In this document: in pieces, positions 35,941-48,676 of the stretch
Layout: the number at the start of each line of letters is the position of its first letter
Numbering within the stretch: the first letter of the stretch is position 1
Source of the DNA: Mobula birostris
Taxonomy: Eukaryota
NCBI RefSeq assembly: GCF_030028105.1
Contig: NC_092388.1
Coordinates: forward strand, 32,545,684-32,609,683
Direction of reading: 5' to 3'
Length of the DNA stretch: 64,000 nucleotides
The notes under the pieces: generated by a model
Told to the model about the DNA's origin: nothing
The model's database searches: none
The model's input: the letters and a program-made list of their open reading frames with translations, nothing else
Translations under genes and position numbers: made by a program

Positions 35941-36777
35941 GTGAAAGTAGCCTTTGTATCTATCAGTCTTATCATCATCTATCGGATGAAGTGACATTGT
36001 TAAGCTGACTACCTGTCCTTGTGCTTCTAAAATCCGCAACATTTTTGTATCATGTGAAGCAGCAGAGGATTCTCCAAACATTAAGTACCCTTTGGGAGCT
36101 CTGGTACATTCAAGATGTGCTAGATGCCACATAAAGACCTAAGCTTTATAAAGGGAGACTTTCAATTTCAAATAACCTAACTTGTTAATTTTCAATTGAT
36201 ACAGGAGCTTTAATTCCATTATATATGTTTTATTTTAAAAATAAATCTACAACACCAGTTTTAAACTTTCCTGTTTAAAGTTCAAAGGTATCAGAGCAAA
36301 TGCTCAGGGCATGAAAAGAAATATCAGATTTTTGAAAGGAATAAAAGGAATATTAGTTATAAAGTGTACCAATATGTAATTAAATTTGAAATTATACTTT
36401 TTACCTTGTGGGAAACTGAACTTCAAAAATGTATATATAATCACAGTTAAAAAGGGGTGGGGATCCAATGTTGGATGACAAAAAATAAATCGATCTTATT
36501 AGTACAGTATTAGCATGTAGGTCTATTATATCCTAATTCATATTTAGCTTGGCTTCATTTATGCAGCATCTAGCATATCTTGTGGCATCTAGCACATCTT
36601 GAATGTACCAGAGCTTTCAAAGGATACTTAATGTTTGGAGAATCCTCTGCTGCTTCACATGATACAAAAATGTTGCGGAGATCATGTAAATCTCAATTTG
36701 CATTTTAGAGCACAAGGACAGGCAGTCAGCTTAATGATGTCACTTCATCTGATAGATGATGATAAGGCTACTTTCAC
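35941..36777. repeat. Long inverted repeat (arms 35941-36131 and 36581-36777, 449-bp spacer)
   Basis: The arms are reverse complements; the inner ~98 bp differ at 3 positions and the outer parts have two indels. Confidence 0.93.
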
Positions 36778-39549
36778 AAGCCTACCCTTCAACGTTTATT
36801 GTAAATGCTGACTAACTATACAACTATTGCATCAATATGTCACATCTAATTTAGTAACTTAGCTCCTTAAAAATTCCTAACCTCCTTAGCTTAAATAAAG
36901 CAGCAGCTTTGAAAAGTACATAACATTTGAATATAGTTTCATACTTAAATTGTAAATTTTGTAAATTATGAATCAAACAATTATTTGAACCGCAAATTTA
37001 AGAGTCATCCACCCTGTACAATCTATGCAGCTTAAAAGCAGGAAGGGCAAAACCTAAATGTACTAAATTCTCAACATTAACTACCATTACACTTGGCTGG
37101 ATGGACAGAACACCCGAGTTCTGTCTGCCTGGGAAGTGAAGCAATGCATCGAAACTTGCCACTTCCTGCTGTTGCCAATTTAACTGAACTTCAGACTTTC
37201 AGTGGAGCACACCGGATAAATGGGCAGGTAATTTCAAAAGATTTGAGAGTGAAGAAATAGAATCTTCATGTGAACTTATTCCAACATCATCTCTGCCACC
37301 TCATAGTACTGTTTAAAGACACTGGTGCACATGTTAAACATTTCAATACATGCACCTAGGACGAACGAATACATCTGTGGAAATTTATCAGACTTACAAT
37401 GTCATCAATGATTTGGACCTGGATGTCAAATAAACACCCCACCCTGCACTGAAAAATGCCTCCAGCCACTGCTTCTGACAGAGGAAGAAACCACCCACCA
37501 TATTCATGGTCTACATATCTCACTCCCATCAGGGAGGAGGCTACATAGCATCTACACCAGGACCACCAGACTCAAAAACAATTACCTTCCCCAAGCAGTA
37601 AGGCTGATCAACACCCCCACCCACTAACCTATCCTCCACACCCTTCGCGATCACTACTTTATCACTTCCTATCAGTCACTTTACAAACAGACACTCCTGC
37701 TGCATATGGTGTCATTTTATGGACATACAATCAATGTACATTACATAAGCTATCTTGTGTATATTTATTGTGCCTTTTAATTAGTGTTCTTTATCTTATT
37801 TTTTCTTTGTACTGTATCAGATCCAGAATAACAATTATTTTGTTCTCCTTTACACTTATCTACTGGAGATGACATTAAACAATCTAGAGAGTGTTCCAGG
37901 GGGCTAAGGGAACGGAGGGGGGGGCACTTAAACTTGGTTTGATTAGGGACAATAGAAGGAAAATAATATTGGAGTTTATGTGGTGGAGAAGAGAGAAATC
38001 AGCGCCAAGTTAGTACTGCAGTACAGAAAAAGAAAATATTGGAGAAGAGAATCATAATATGCCTAAGTATTTCTGTCAGAGCCAAGGACCAGAAGCAACG
38101 TAGAGATTGGTGGCAACACTCGACAGGAACAGCCTCTCATGGCGACTGAAAATAAGAAGTCCTCTCTGATTATATTTCCAATGGTTGTTAATATTAAGGC
38201 TCGGAATTAGGGTGGGAAGAGTGAGGAATGAGAAACAGAGTGTCAAAGAGGAACATATCTGTACATGGTGAGCTGGAGGCTTTATTTCTACATAACAAGA
38301 AAATTGTTGCAGATGAGCCAAGTACAGTTTGGCAGTGCAGGCAGTAATATTGGACATTCCTGCAACACAACACGTCCCACAAATAGGAAAGTGCTGATTA
38401 AAACTGCATTCATTGGAAAGATACAAGGACTTCGTGGCCATGTCACAAGGCAGATAAAAATCAACCATTCTGCAATAAAATTTGAAAGGTAGACATGGGG
38501 TAGAAGGAGCAAGGGTGGTAAATTTACCCTCCTAAAGGTACTAGTGGATCACTCTAGTTTTATTTCAGTAAAGGTAAGTTCCTAGTCACCATTAATAATA
38601 ACAGCATTTTATAACACTGTTTATTTAATAAATTTAAAAAGCGTCCGGTTTGCTAGTCCACCAACAAATCTTCTCCTCTCACTTCTTTAGTGCCCTTTTT
38701 GAAGACCATCATACATGATCAGTGAGTTGTCCATCTAACTCCAATAAAGGCAACTCTAGAACCTGGACTCATTGACTAAGGGTGGGAAAGCCAGCTGGTG
38801 GACTGGAACTGCTGGACTGCAGCTCCTTTGCCATCTCTGTGACCACTCAGTAGACTGAGCTTGCACACTATGTGCGTTACCATGGTTTTCATGCTTTATG
38901 CAATCCCCATACATTTGTAATGCACACATTGCTGACCTCTGTACATGGAACTTGAATCAATTCTCATTTTAGTTGGTTACCAGTGACGCCTGAAGAGAAG
39001 GATTTTTATGTGAATTTTGCAGGTCCATATGCAGGACCTCATATTTGGAATATGTTCCCAGAGACTCCAGCCAAATGCCAAGAAAGTAATCTAGGTCGAC
39101 CACAGAAATTCGGGTTTAACACTAATTAAGACAAAATAACCTCATGCAAAAATAATAAACACAATAGATTCTGCAAATGCTGGAAATCCAGACTGATCAC
39201 CAATTCTGATGAAGGGCCTTGGCCTGAACCATCAATGATTAATTCTCCTCCCTAGGTACTGCCTGAGTCCCTCCACCATTTTGCTCATGGAAAAATAACA
39301 ATTGATGACAGAACATCTTTAAAATTGCCTGTAGCCAGTATTTATGAGTGTAAGGGAGAAAAAACTAATTTTAATTACTGTATGTATTCCTCGCTTTTCC
39401 TTATGATTCTCATTTTCCCATCTCAGCATTGCCCTTCTGCCATTTAATATACCAAACCAGTTCAGGTGTAATATCTTCTTTTAAACAAAATCAAAATGGT
39501 AGGTGATATCCAAGAATCTAAGCAAAGACATTGTTTAAAACCTAAGTGT

Positions 39550-39614
39550 CAATTGCCATTTCCCAGAAACCAAATTTAACCAATTGCCATTTCCCAGAGA
39601 CCAAATTTAACCAA
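39550..39614. repeat. 31-bp tandem duplication
   Basis: caattgccatttcccaga(a/g)accaaatttaac occurs twice. Confidence 0.85.
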
Positions 39615-39660
39615 TCCCTGACTGCTCAGGGATTATACTTCTCCATATTTAAGGACAGAG

Positions 39661-39666
39661 TTTATT
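39661..39666 (-). terminator. MARVELD3: Candidate polyadenylation signal of the proximal MARVELD3 terminal exon
   Basis: AATAAA on the minus strand about 155 nt after the stop at 39821. Confidence 0.6.
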
Positions 39667-39820
39667 TTACACAAAAATACCAGTTTACAGAGTTCTCTTA
39701 TCACATGGTGATGGCAGTCTGAGTTTTAAACTAGTGTTAAAGATCCAAAATCCTGAAGCCTCTAATTCAGCTTTAAATCTGGTTTTGTTGCATTATGAAA
39801 ATGTCACATTAATTTGGAAC

Positions 39821-40512
39821 TCATGTATACAGAACGTCAGATTTCATAGGCTGTATCTCTGACGGGGTACCAAGTCTCCACGCAACAGAGGTCTCTGGAG
39901 GTTTTGTAGCTCGTGTAGCTTGTATTGCCCGATGAGCCAAAGCTGCGAATACCACACTGGAAATGTAAGCAATTATTAACATCACAGCAAAGATGGAAAC
40001 AGCAACTTCCGTGCCGAGTATGGCGCATTTCACCGAGCTGTATCCGTGTCGATTGTAGAGCGATTCTCTCTGTTTGCACATATCAGTGGCATTAATTTTA
40101 AAAATGAAGTGAAGATACAAAGCCACGCCTATGAGGTAAGCCACTGCTGCAAGAGCCTTTACCACACATTCCATGATCAGGAAGGAAGAGTATTTGCTGT
40201 GCAGCGCAGAGGACCTGTTGTATTGCAATATACATTCGACGACAAGAAAAGCCACCGAGAAAGCAAACAGCAGAATACTAAGTCCTACTGCACAGTACAC
40301 AGTGGTTGACTTCTTGGTGTTGTACTCTACATCTAGTTGACCGATCTGCTGTATTTCATGATTTAGAAATCCACTGTTGGCATAACCCATGTTGTAATAA
40401 TAGGCACTCCCGAAGCCTCCAATACTAGCGAAGCCTGCAGAAGCACTTTGGGTTGCTGCAGCACAGATCAGTACCACCAGGTTGAGAATGATTTCAAGCA
40501 TCTGCAACAATC
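39821..40512 (-). CDS. MARVELD3: MARVELD3 alternative terminal coding exon, proximal (MARVEL domain, 4 TM)
   Basis: Acceptor ctggttgttgcag|GA, phase 1; QMLE..LNL..L.C, GG..YYY..G...SGF...QLDV, C..R..LY...GYS...C resemble the other human MARVELD3 splice variant (from recall). Confidence 0.92.
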
Positions 40513-41932
40513 CTGCAACAACCAGATGAAGGAAGCTGTTAATGGGAAAAATGCAACACATGCAGCTAACACCTCTCCAGAAACAGTAGAGGACATCATA
40601 AAGGACCAGTGAGGCTTTTATAGATTTAATTCATTTACTAACCTAAATTGGAGCTATGAAAGTTCTTGGATGTAAATATTAGCAGACTTTCAATTGAAAA
40701 TTGAAAGAAAAATGTAAATGCCATAATTCTGAAATAAAAACAGAAAATGCTGGAAAAAAATTAGCAAGTCAGACATAATCTGTAGAAAGAGATTCTCTCT
40801 TTCCATAGATGCCACCTATCCTGATGGGTTTTTCAATATATTGTTTTAATTTCAAATTTTCAATATGATTTTAGTAGGTAAGTTTATATTTCAATAGTAC
40901 TTTATACTTTATTGTCGCCAGACAATTGGTACTAGAACGTACAATCATCACTGCGATATTTGATTCTGTGCTTCACACTCCCTGGATTACAAATATTAAA
41001 AATATTAAAAATAGTTAATACTAGTAAATATTAAAAATTTAAATTGTAAATCTTAAATAGAAAATAGAAAAATGGGAAGTATGGTATCGCGAAAAAACCG
41101 AGAGGCAGGTCCGGATATTTGGAGGGTATGGCCCAAATCCGGGTCAGGATCCACTTAGTACCTGAATTGTATGTTTTCATGCATAATTAGTACTTCTAAT
41201 ACTTCAATAAATCTGTTACTTAGATCACCTAATTAGTGCAAATAGTTGCATTTATGCTTAATTACAATTAGAAAGAAATAGTTTACAGAATTTACTAGTT
41301 TATTTAACTGTCTTTAATTTTGATGAGACATTGAATGCAGGACTGTGAATTAGCACAACTAAATTGCAGATGCTTGAAACCCAAAAATGCTGCAAGTCGT
41401 GATTAAGTTAAGATTGAGCTAGTAGTCTCAGGAACAGTGATATATCTCTTTCTCTCACTCAAAGCAAGGAAATGAAAGAGCAACAAGTTTAGATTATTCA
41501 CTTTAAACACTACCTTTCCCCTGAGCAAACACGTTTTGTTACTGGTGAATTAACATGTACCACTTCTTATATAAGACAGTAAACCTCACAGATTGCTGCG
41601 CAGGAGTCAGGCCTTTTCCACACAAACCTCTCCTTGTATCCACCCCTCATCAAGGGCTGGTTCTAACAGAGAGACTGGGTGACTCAAAGGGCCAGAGTTA
41701 AGCAAAGGGCTTGAAATACAGGGGTCCCAATCCAATCCTGGGAGTAATCAAAGGTGATCACTCCAGGGACCACATGATCTAATTTTGTTCTTTCATACTA
41801 CAGTAGGACTGCTACCTGAGAGGATATCAAATCATGCTAAGGTCACATGAGATATAGGTGAGTGTTCTTCTAAGTGATCAGTCAAATTTACAAGCAAAGT
41901 GAACTGAATCGGAGAAGACCATCATCATATGT

Positions 41933-41970
41933 TAGTCCTGACGAAGGGTCTCGGTCTGAAACGTCGACTG
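41933..41970 (+). ncRNA. Minimal type I hammerhead ribozyme motif in a Penelope-derived fragment (41931-42063)
   Basis: TAGTC-CTGACGA-AGGGTCTCGGTCT-GAAAC-GTC-GACTG. Confidence 0.7.
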
Positions 41971-42099
41971 TACCTCTTCCTAGAGATGCTGCCTGGCCTG
42001 CTGCGTTCACCAGCAACTTTGATGTGTGTTGCTTGAATTTCCAGCATCTGCAGAATTCCTGTTGATCATATGTTATTTATTTATTTTTGTTTCGAGAGA

Positions 42100-42468
42100 G
42101 AACACAGAACAGGACCTTCTGGCCCAATGAGCTGCAGCAGCCAGTAACTCACCCACTTAATACCAGCCTAATCACAAGGCAATTTACTATGACCTATTAA
42201 CTGGTACTTTTGGAATGTGGACGGAAACCAGAGCACCCGGAGGAAACTTGCGTGCTCACGGACAGAACGTACAAACTCCTTACAGACACTGCCAGAACTG
42301 TCCTCCGAACTCCAACCTCCAGGACGCCCCAAGCTGTAATAGGGTCACTCTATCTGCTGTGCTACCATGGTGTCCCTGAAAACTTCTTACAGACAACGGT
42401 GGGAATCGCAACCTGATTGGTGCAATTGTAAAGCGACTGCGCTAACCACTGTGAGAACGTGCTGCCCC
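42100..42468 (-). mobile_element. V-SINE/HE1-like SINE(s)
   Basis: ggaatgtggacggaaaccagagcacccggaggaaac (reverse-complement V-domain) and a tRNA-like head; same family as 878-1142. Confidence 0.65.
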
Positions 42469-43469
42469 CAGACCATGTTAATAGGTTAGGTGACATCTTA
42501 ATCAGATAGTATTACAAAGTTACACAATCAAATTTCTAAGCCCTTAGTGAATTCCATTTTCCTCCATTATCAGCAAAATGTTTCAGGTTGCTGCAGGGGA
42601 TTAAGTAGCAATTTTAAATAAAGCAGAAGCTGTAAAAGTCATAGCAGAAATTCAAAAGCTCTACCACACAACACACTATGGCACAGTTACTCTAGTTATA
42701 CATCCAGAGATTGGAAGAAGCTACATGAATGAAGTTTTAACTTCATTTATGTTGCATTAATTTAGATTAGAACAAGCTACAACCTAAATGAATGTAGCAA
42801 ATACAAAGTGGAAAGTTCAGAATGCTACATTCCACTTTGATCAGGAAATTCATCTAAAGTATGATAAACCACAAAATCATCTTTACTTGGCTGAAGGGAT
42901 TTAAAAAGGGAATAATACTACAAATTGAAAGGCCTCCAAATTGCTTTTTCTTACTTTTAGACAATCTGGGAAGGATTTAGAAGGGGAGGGGCACTAGAAT
43001 GAATGATAATATGAAGGAAAATAATTTACGATTCAGTATCACACAAGAGATAGACAACCTATTCTAGATAATCTGTTTCTCTTCTGCAATTTAAAAGCTA
43101 GAGCAATAAAATTGATTATTTTTCTTCTGGCACTTTGCAAGTACAATAGACATCTTGTGAGTGTGAAACATAAGACTGATATTTTGGAAAGCTTCATTGT
43201 GGAGGCAGATCCCATGATGTTGAGCAATGAAAACACATTCCATTAAGAGTCTGGAATGCAAACCGCACCACAACACTAATACTCAAAAATGTCATCCTAT
43301 GCATTCCACTCCATCATAAACCCTTTAGTTGCAGCAGCGATGGTATACAACATAGAATAGTAGAGCACAGTACATGCCTTTCGGCCCACATTGTTGTGCT
43401 GACCCTTAAACCCTGCCTCCCTTATAACCCCCCACCTTAAATTCCTCCATATACTTGTCTAGTGGTCTG

Positions 43470-45349
43470 ATTATTTTTAAATGGCTATTGGAATCTCAGA
43501 ACAGAGTAAAGCTTTTGTTAATAAAGGCTCAGGAAGCAAGTTATCTAGTAGCATAATTTATTACCCAGAAAAGGAAAAGTCACACAGTTGGTGAGAACCT
43601 AATAATGCCAGCATGTAAAATTATAGTGGGTAAAATGCTCGGTTAAGACAGTACGAGAAGTTGGAAAGGTTTCTCTCTCAAACAGTATAGTAAGTAGACA
43701 TATTGATGACATGTCACATGATGCTGAAGAGGTTTTGTGTGATACAATGAAAAACAACAGCTTGATGAACAGATTTCACCAATAAATGTCATGTTGTAGC
43801 ATCTGTAAGATTTGTAAATGATGGTGAAATTCAAGAAAACTTTTTTCCTTTGCAAGGAGCTGCCCAAAACAAGAAAAGGCCAAGATATATCTAATGTTTG
43901 TCTTCATTTCTGGAAGCAAAGTGTCTTTCTTGGATGAACTGTGTTAGCATCTTTACTGATGGTGCCTTATCAATGGTTTTGTTTCTCTTGTGAAAAAGAA
44001 AATCCTGACATTGTCACAACACACTGCTTTCTTCACAGAGAGGTGCTGATGTCAAAACTCTTGAAGGTGAAATGGAAAAATCTCTGGATGATATTACAAA
44101 AATGGTTAACTTTATTAAACAAAGACCAGTTCATTTGAGTCTGTTTAAAAAAACTGTGTGAAAACCTAGAAAAAGAGCACAGCAATCTCCTGTTATATAC
44201 AGAAATCTGATAGCTTAGCAGAGGAAGAGTTCCTAACAGGGTGCTTGAGCTGAAAGATGAATTGCAGGAGTACTTACAAGAAAATAGTAGGCCAGATTTT
44301 GCTGAGAGCTTTGAAGATGAAGAATGGCTGTAGAAATTAGTCTACTGAGCAGACACTTTTCAATCATATGAACCAGTTGAACAAGTCTCTGCAGGGCCCT
44401 GGAGAAAATGCTTTGACTTCAAGTGACAAGAATCTTGGAATTAAAATGAAACTGAATCTTTGGAAAAATCACGTTATGAAAGGAAATCTTGAAATGTTTT
44501 CACTGCTGCTTGGGCTTGAGAATGAGGAAGGATATCAGAAAGTCTCGAGTCTTATTGAAAACCACCTGGAAGAATTGCAGAACAAAATTGAACAGTATTT
44601 TTCCTCCCTTTCAACACGTGTCTGACTGGGAGAGGAACCCTTTCTCTGAGACTTCTGCTCAGCCTGAGAACTTGACTTTGAGGGAAGAGGAAGAACTTTG
44701 TGAGTCGCAGTCTGATCGTGCACTCAAGATGAAATTTACTGACCTGCCCCTGGACAAGTTCTGGATTTCTGTGAAAGACGAGTATCCTGCCATTCGTAGG
44801 AAAGCAATGAACATTTTGCTGCAGTTTTCAACTTCTTGCATGTGTGAGTAAGCTTTTTCTTGTTTATCAAACATCAACAGCAAGGATAGAAATCATCTCA
44901 GTTCAGATGAAGGTGAAATCCATGTATGCTTATCTCAAGTTTGACCCAGCATTGAGTATTTGTGCAGCAAAAACAAGCACAGGTTTCACATGCTAGGCCT
45001 ATACTGTAGTCTGATTATGTCACTTCGTTAGAAAATGTTTTTTCAAAGTCTTGTATAAAATTGTGTCTTGGGCTATATTTTCATTCATATTGCTTTGGCT
45101 TATGGTTTTTATTAAATTTTGTCAACAAATTTTCATGTTGTAAGTAGCATTAATTAAAATCAATTTACAAACTTTATTTAAATTAAATCTACTGAGCCTA
45201 CCTTGGGAAAAATTAAATCCCATTTTGGCTTTAGCCAGTTATTTAACAGAAATTTGTTATGTTTGCCTTATGAGTTTTTACGCAGGTGTTCCCCAAGACT
45301 TGATAATTATTTCAAGGCTCCTCCAGGGCAAAAAGGTTGAGAAAGGCTG
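43470..45349 (+). mobile_element. hAT (Charlie/Buster, ZBED5-like) transposon, 5'-truncated and decayed
   Basis: THCFLHREVL, MNQLNKSLQG, KLNLWK, LDKFWISVKDEYPAIRRKAMNILLQFSTSCMCE; right TIR AGGTTGAGAAAGGCTG. A CR1 tail lies just upstream (43350-43465). Confidence 0.88.
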
Positions 45350-47589
45350 CTCTAGATTGGTGCGAAAAGAAAACTGCAGTAAGTGGTAGTTCTGTGGGCA
45401 AAAATGCCGTGTTAATGAAAGCGGTCAGAGAAGAATGGCAAGACTGGTTCAAGCTGACATGAAGCCAACAGTAACTCAAATAATCACATGTTACAACAGT
45501 GCTCTACAGAAGAGCATCTCTGAGCCTTGAACTGGATGGCCAACAGCAGCAGAAGACCACAACCATACACTCCTTGGCCACTTAATTAGGTACAGGTGGT
45601 ACTAATAAAGTGGCTACCGAGTGTAAATTCAGAAATATGTGCATTTGTCTAGTGCTCAAATGTCATGCCAACAAACCTCTAAGAATCTATCTAACACTAA
45701 CCCAACATGAACCACGACATTTGGCTATTCCCCATTCATGTCCCTTAGTTTTTTCAACTGGTTGCTTAGGAGGCTCATTAACCAAAGTCAGAGTTTTAAG
45801 ATAAGCAGCATGGTCAATGGATTGGATGATTTTTTTAAAGGAGCAGGAATATGCTGCATGGAAGAATGATTGAAGTTGAATCAAAAGTAACTGCGATAAG
45901 GAATATTTTATAAATCTGGGGGAAAAGTACAGGAGATGAGACAAGTTGGAAGAGTATTTCTAGCAACTTTTGTTGATGCAATAGGCCAATTAGTGTCCTT
46001 CTGCACATCAGAATACAGTGACTATAGGCCCGGAAACCAGGGAGTTAAATGTGACTTCATTCTATTCCTTTAATATTAACAATAACAAAAAACACCCCCA
46101 TTCACTAACTGACTCCACCACCACTACCCACTACTTTATAATTTCCTGTCACAGTCACCTTATGTGCAGACATTCCTGTGCCTAAAGTCACTTTATGGAC
46201 ATTAATCAATCTATATAGTATAAGCTATCATATTATTTATAATTATTGTATTTTTTATTACTATGCTCTATATCTTAGTGTGTGTGTGTGTGTGTGTGTT
46301 TTTAAATGCCTTGGATCAGGAGTAACAATTATTTTGTTCTCCTTTACACTTGTGTACTGAAAATGACATTTGACATTCTTGATTCTTGCTGAAAAGTATC
46401 ATTGTAAGATTTGTCAACACCCTACCTCCAATCTTGACCTCATCATGGGTACTAAGCCATGATGAGGTCAAGGCCAGTTCATTCATGTGTCTGCTCCTCT
46501 TTAGTTTTTTTTGATGTCCATCCCTTCCTCTTCCTCACTCATTGCTCCCAATCACCCAACCACTAGCAACAGTTCAGAACATTCTTCTGCTTCTAATGTC
46601 TTTCTGGTGAGATGCCTTCCAGTAACTTCTGATCTATAAGCCCTATGACCTTGAAAATAGTACATATATTGTTATCTTTTTAGATCTCCTCATGCTGTGG
46701 TTCAGTATTTCTCTATTCAAGCAACAGAATTCTAAAATTTAGTCATGAATTCCATTTGTCGATCTAGTAAAATCTATAACGTTTGCCACTAATAAATTTT
46801 GCAAGCATATCCACCATTTCTCTAAAACTAATTTATAATTTGTTTCTGAAAGCTGTTTTTTTCTTGGTGACTGCTAGAAGACAGAGCGGGAAAGGCAGTG
46901 TAGGTGTGGGTTTCTCTGCAAAGAGGATGGGTAAAGTACTTGGGTAGACCTTTCGCACACAGTGACAGCCCATACAAATTTCTGGCCAACGTTGATCAAA
47001 ATAGTTCATGAGCTTCTCATCTAAATAGATCAGCATCATCCACTGAGTCAGAGGTCTATTAAATCATGGTTACTTCTTTCAAGTTAGCTCTCAATGAAGA
47101 GATACGTAGAATGTTGCAACAACTAATAAACTACCAGATTCTTCAGATAAAAGATTCTACACTCTTTCATTAATGTATCAAAGTGTTCAATGTTACATCA
47201 TCATCCACCATTGTCAGAGACAGCAGGTTTATTAACAAATTGAAGAAGGAAAAGGAGTCTAAAAGCTGCTTCCATTATCAATTAAGAAACAGGCATTGCT
47301 GACAGTAGTGCCCAAGAAACAAATGGGCACTACTGTACTTCCTCTGTACCAAAATATGGCATTTTCTTCAAAGTATGGTTACAAGTATTACAAAGCAAAA
47401 TATTATAAAACTAATAACAAAGCATTGACATAATATATTCGGACTTGGATGTAGGTTTGTGGTCTTCCACAAGCTAATCTGGTCATAAATCTATACTTCC
47501 TATTTCTCAAACTACCATTTCCTACATGAATGCAAAAAAATGACATAGTAAAAGATATATTAATGCAAGGTCAGTGACATTATACATAC

Positions 47590-47771
47590 CTCTTCTGGAG
47601 CATAAATATGAGCACTTTGTCCCAAAGGACTCTTTGGGTGGAGTGTTAACTTCTGAAACAGCACTATAAAAGGGAGGTGCTGAAGAAGGTGGTCTACTGT
47701 TTGGTTGAGATGGTGTTCCTCTTGTATTGGGTGGTCTGGAGTACGATTCTTCCACTGAATTTCGTGAATGT
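47590..47771 (-). CDS. MARVELD3: MARVELD3 coding exon 2 (Pro-rich N-terminal tail, ends KCSYLCSRR|G)
   Basis: Acceptor tttctgtttcttcag|A, donor AGAG|gtatgt; phase 2 in and phase 1 out fit both neighbours; KCSYLCSRRG matches the MARVELD3 pre-TM1 motif (human KCKYLCTGR). Confidence 0.92.
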
Positions 47772-47995
47772 CTGAAGAAACAGAAATTATTTCAAATTCA
47801 TCAAACGTTGATCCACTCCAAAGAAAATATTAAAACAAGCACCTCTCAAGTAAACATTGACCTCCTATGATTTCACATTGTTCTCTTTAATTTTTTATAT
47901 TCTGCTTATTCTTTCATTCCAAAATATATAAATTAAAACTAGATATCAAAGGGAAAATAGAAAGGTATCTATAATTCTACCTAGTTTGTACAATA

Positions 47996-48370
47996 AACAC
48001 ACACAAAATGCTGGTGGAACGCAGCAGGCCAGGCAGCATCTATAGGAAGAAGTATGGTCGACGTTTCAGGTCAAGACCCTTCGTCAGGACTAACGGAAAA
48101 AAGAAATAGTAAGAGATTTGAAAGTGGAAGGGGGAGGGGGAGACCCGAAATGATAGGAGAAGACATGAGGGGAGGGATGAAGCCAAGAGCTGGGAATTTG
48201 ATTGGCAAAAAGGACACAAGGCTGGAGAAGGGGGAGTATCATGGGACGGAAGGCCTTAGAAGAAAGAAAGGGGAGGGGACTGTACTTCTTCCTATAGATG
48301 CTGCCTGGCCTGCTGCATTCCATCAGCATTTTGTGTGTGTTGCTTGAATTTCCAGCATCTCGTGTTTGCG
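47996..48370. mobile_element. Penelope-derived element with ~58-bp inverted arms, in a MARVELD3 intron
   Basis: Arms 47996-48054 and 48283-48341 are reverse complements; family terminal sequence. Confidence 0.75.
48056..48092 (-). ncRNA. Minimal type I hammerhead ribozyme motif, sense to the MARVELD3 pre-mRNA
   Basis: TAGTC-CTGACGA-AGGGTCTTGACCT-GAAAC-GTC-GAC; core intact, stem I shortened. Confidence 0.65.
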
Positions 48371-48488
48371 TTGTTTATATAATAACACATTTGCATGGAA
48401 TTTGAAACAAACAGAATTCTCACACACTAAAAATATAAATTAAAATTAATTGCTTATCACAATTTTAAAAAAACAACAAAAAAAGAAC

Positions 48489-48676
48489 CTTTCACTGGGA
48501 GGATATGGCTCCCTTGAAGGTTTGCTTTGGCGATTGTCTCTTGGGTCTTCCCTGCTACGTCTACCAGGATGGCTATTTTCAGGATGCGGCCTGTCCCTGG
48601 GTCTTCTCTCTCGATGTGGATTATTAGAAGACTGGCTTCCATCAGAATTTCTTGGAACTTTACTGGGATAGGACAT
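48489..48676 (-). CDS. MARVELD3: MARVELD3 coding exon 1 (exon spans 48489-48714; Arg/Asp/Pro-rich N-terminus)
   Basis: Acceptor tttcaactgtag|A at 48714, ATG in AAAATGT context at 48676, RERRPRDRPHP/RRSREDPRD low-complexity N-terminus typical of MARVELD3, donor AAG|gttctt in phase 2, in frame with the next exon. Confidence 0.88.

Noticed and set aside
24750-40561. Two separate single-exon MARVEL genes (ORFs 24750-25466 and 39821-40561)
   Set aside because: The ORF starts lie in intron sequence upstream of good phase-1 acceptors; both exons fit the same upstream exon.
43470-45349. Domesticated ZBED/SCAND-type gene
   Set aside because: Many stops and frameshifts, and a retained TIR; it is a dead transposon.
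46833-47039. Possible third alternative MARVELD3 terminal exon or extra exon
   Set aside because: No TM pattern or MARVEL similarity; no other MARVEL-like frame was seen between 25.4 and 47.6 kb.
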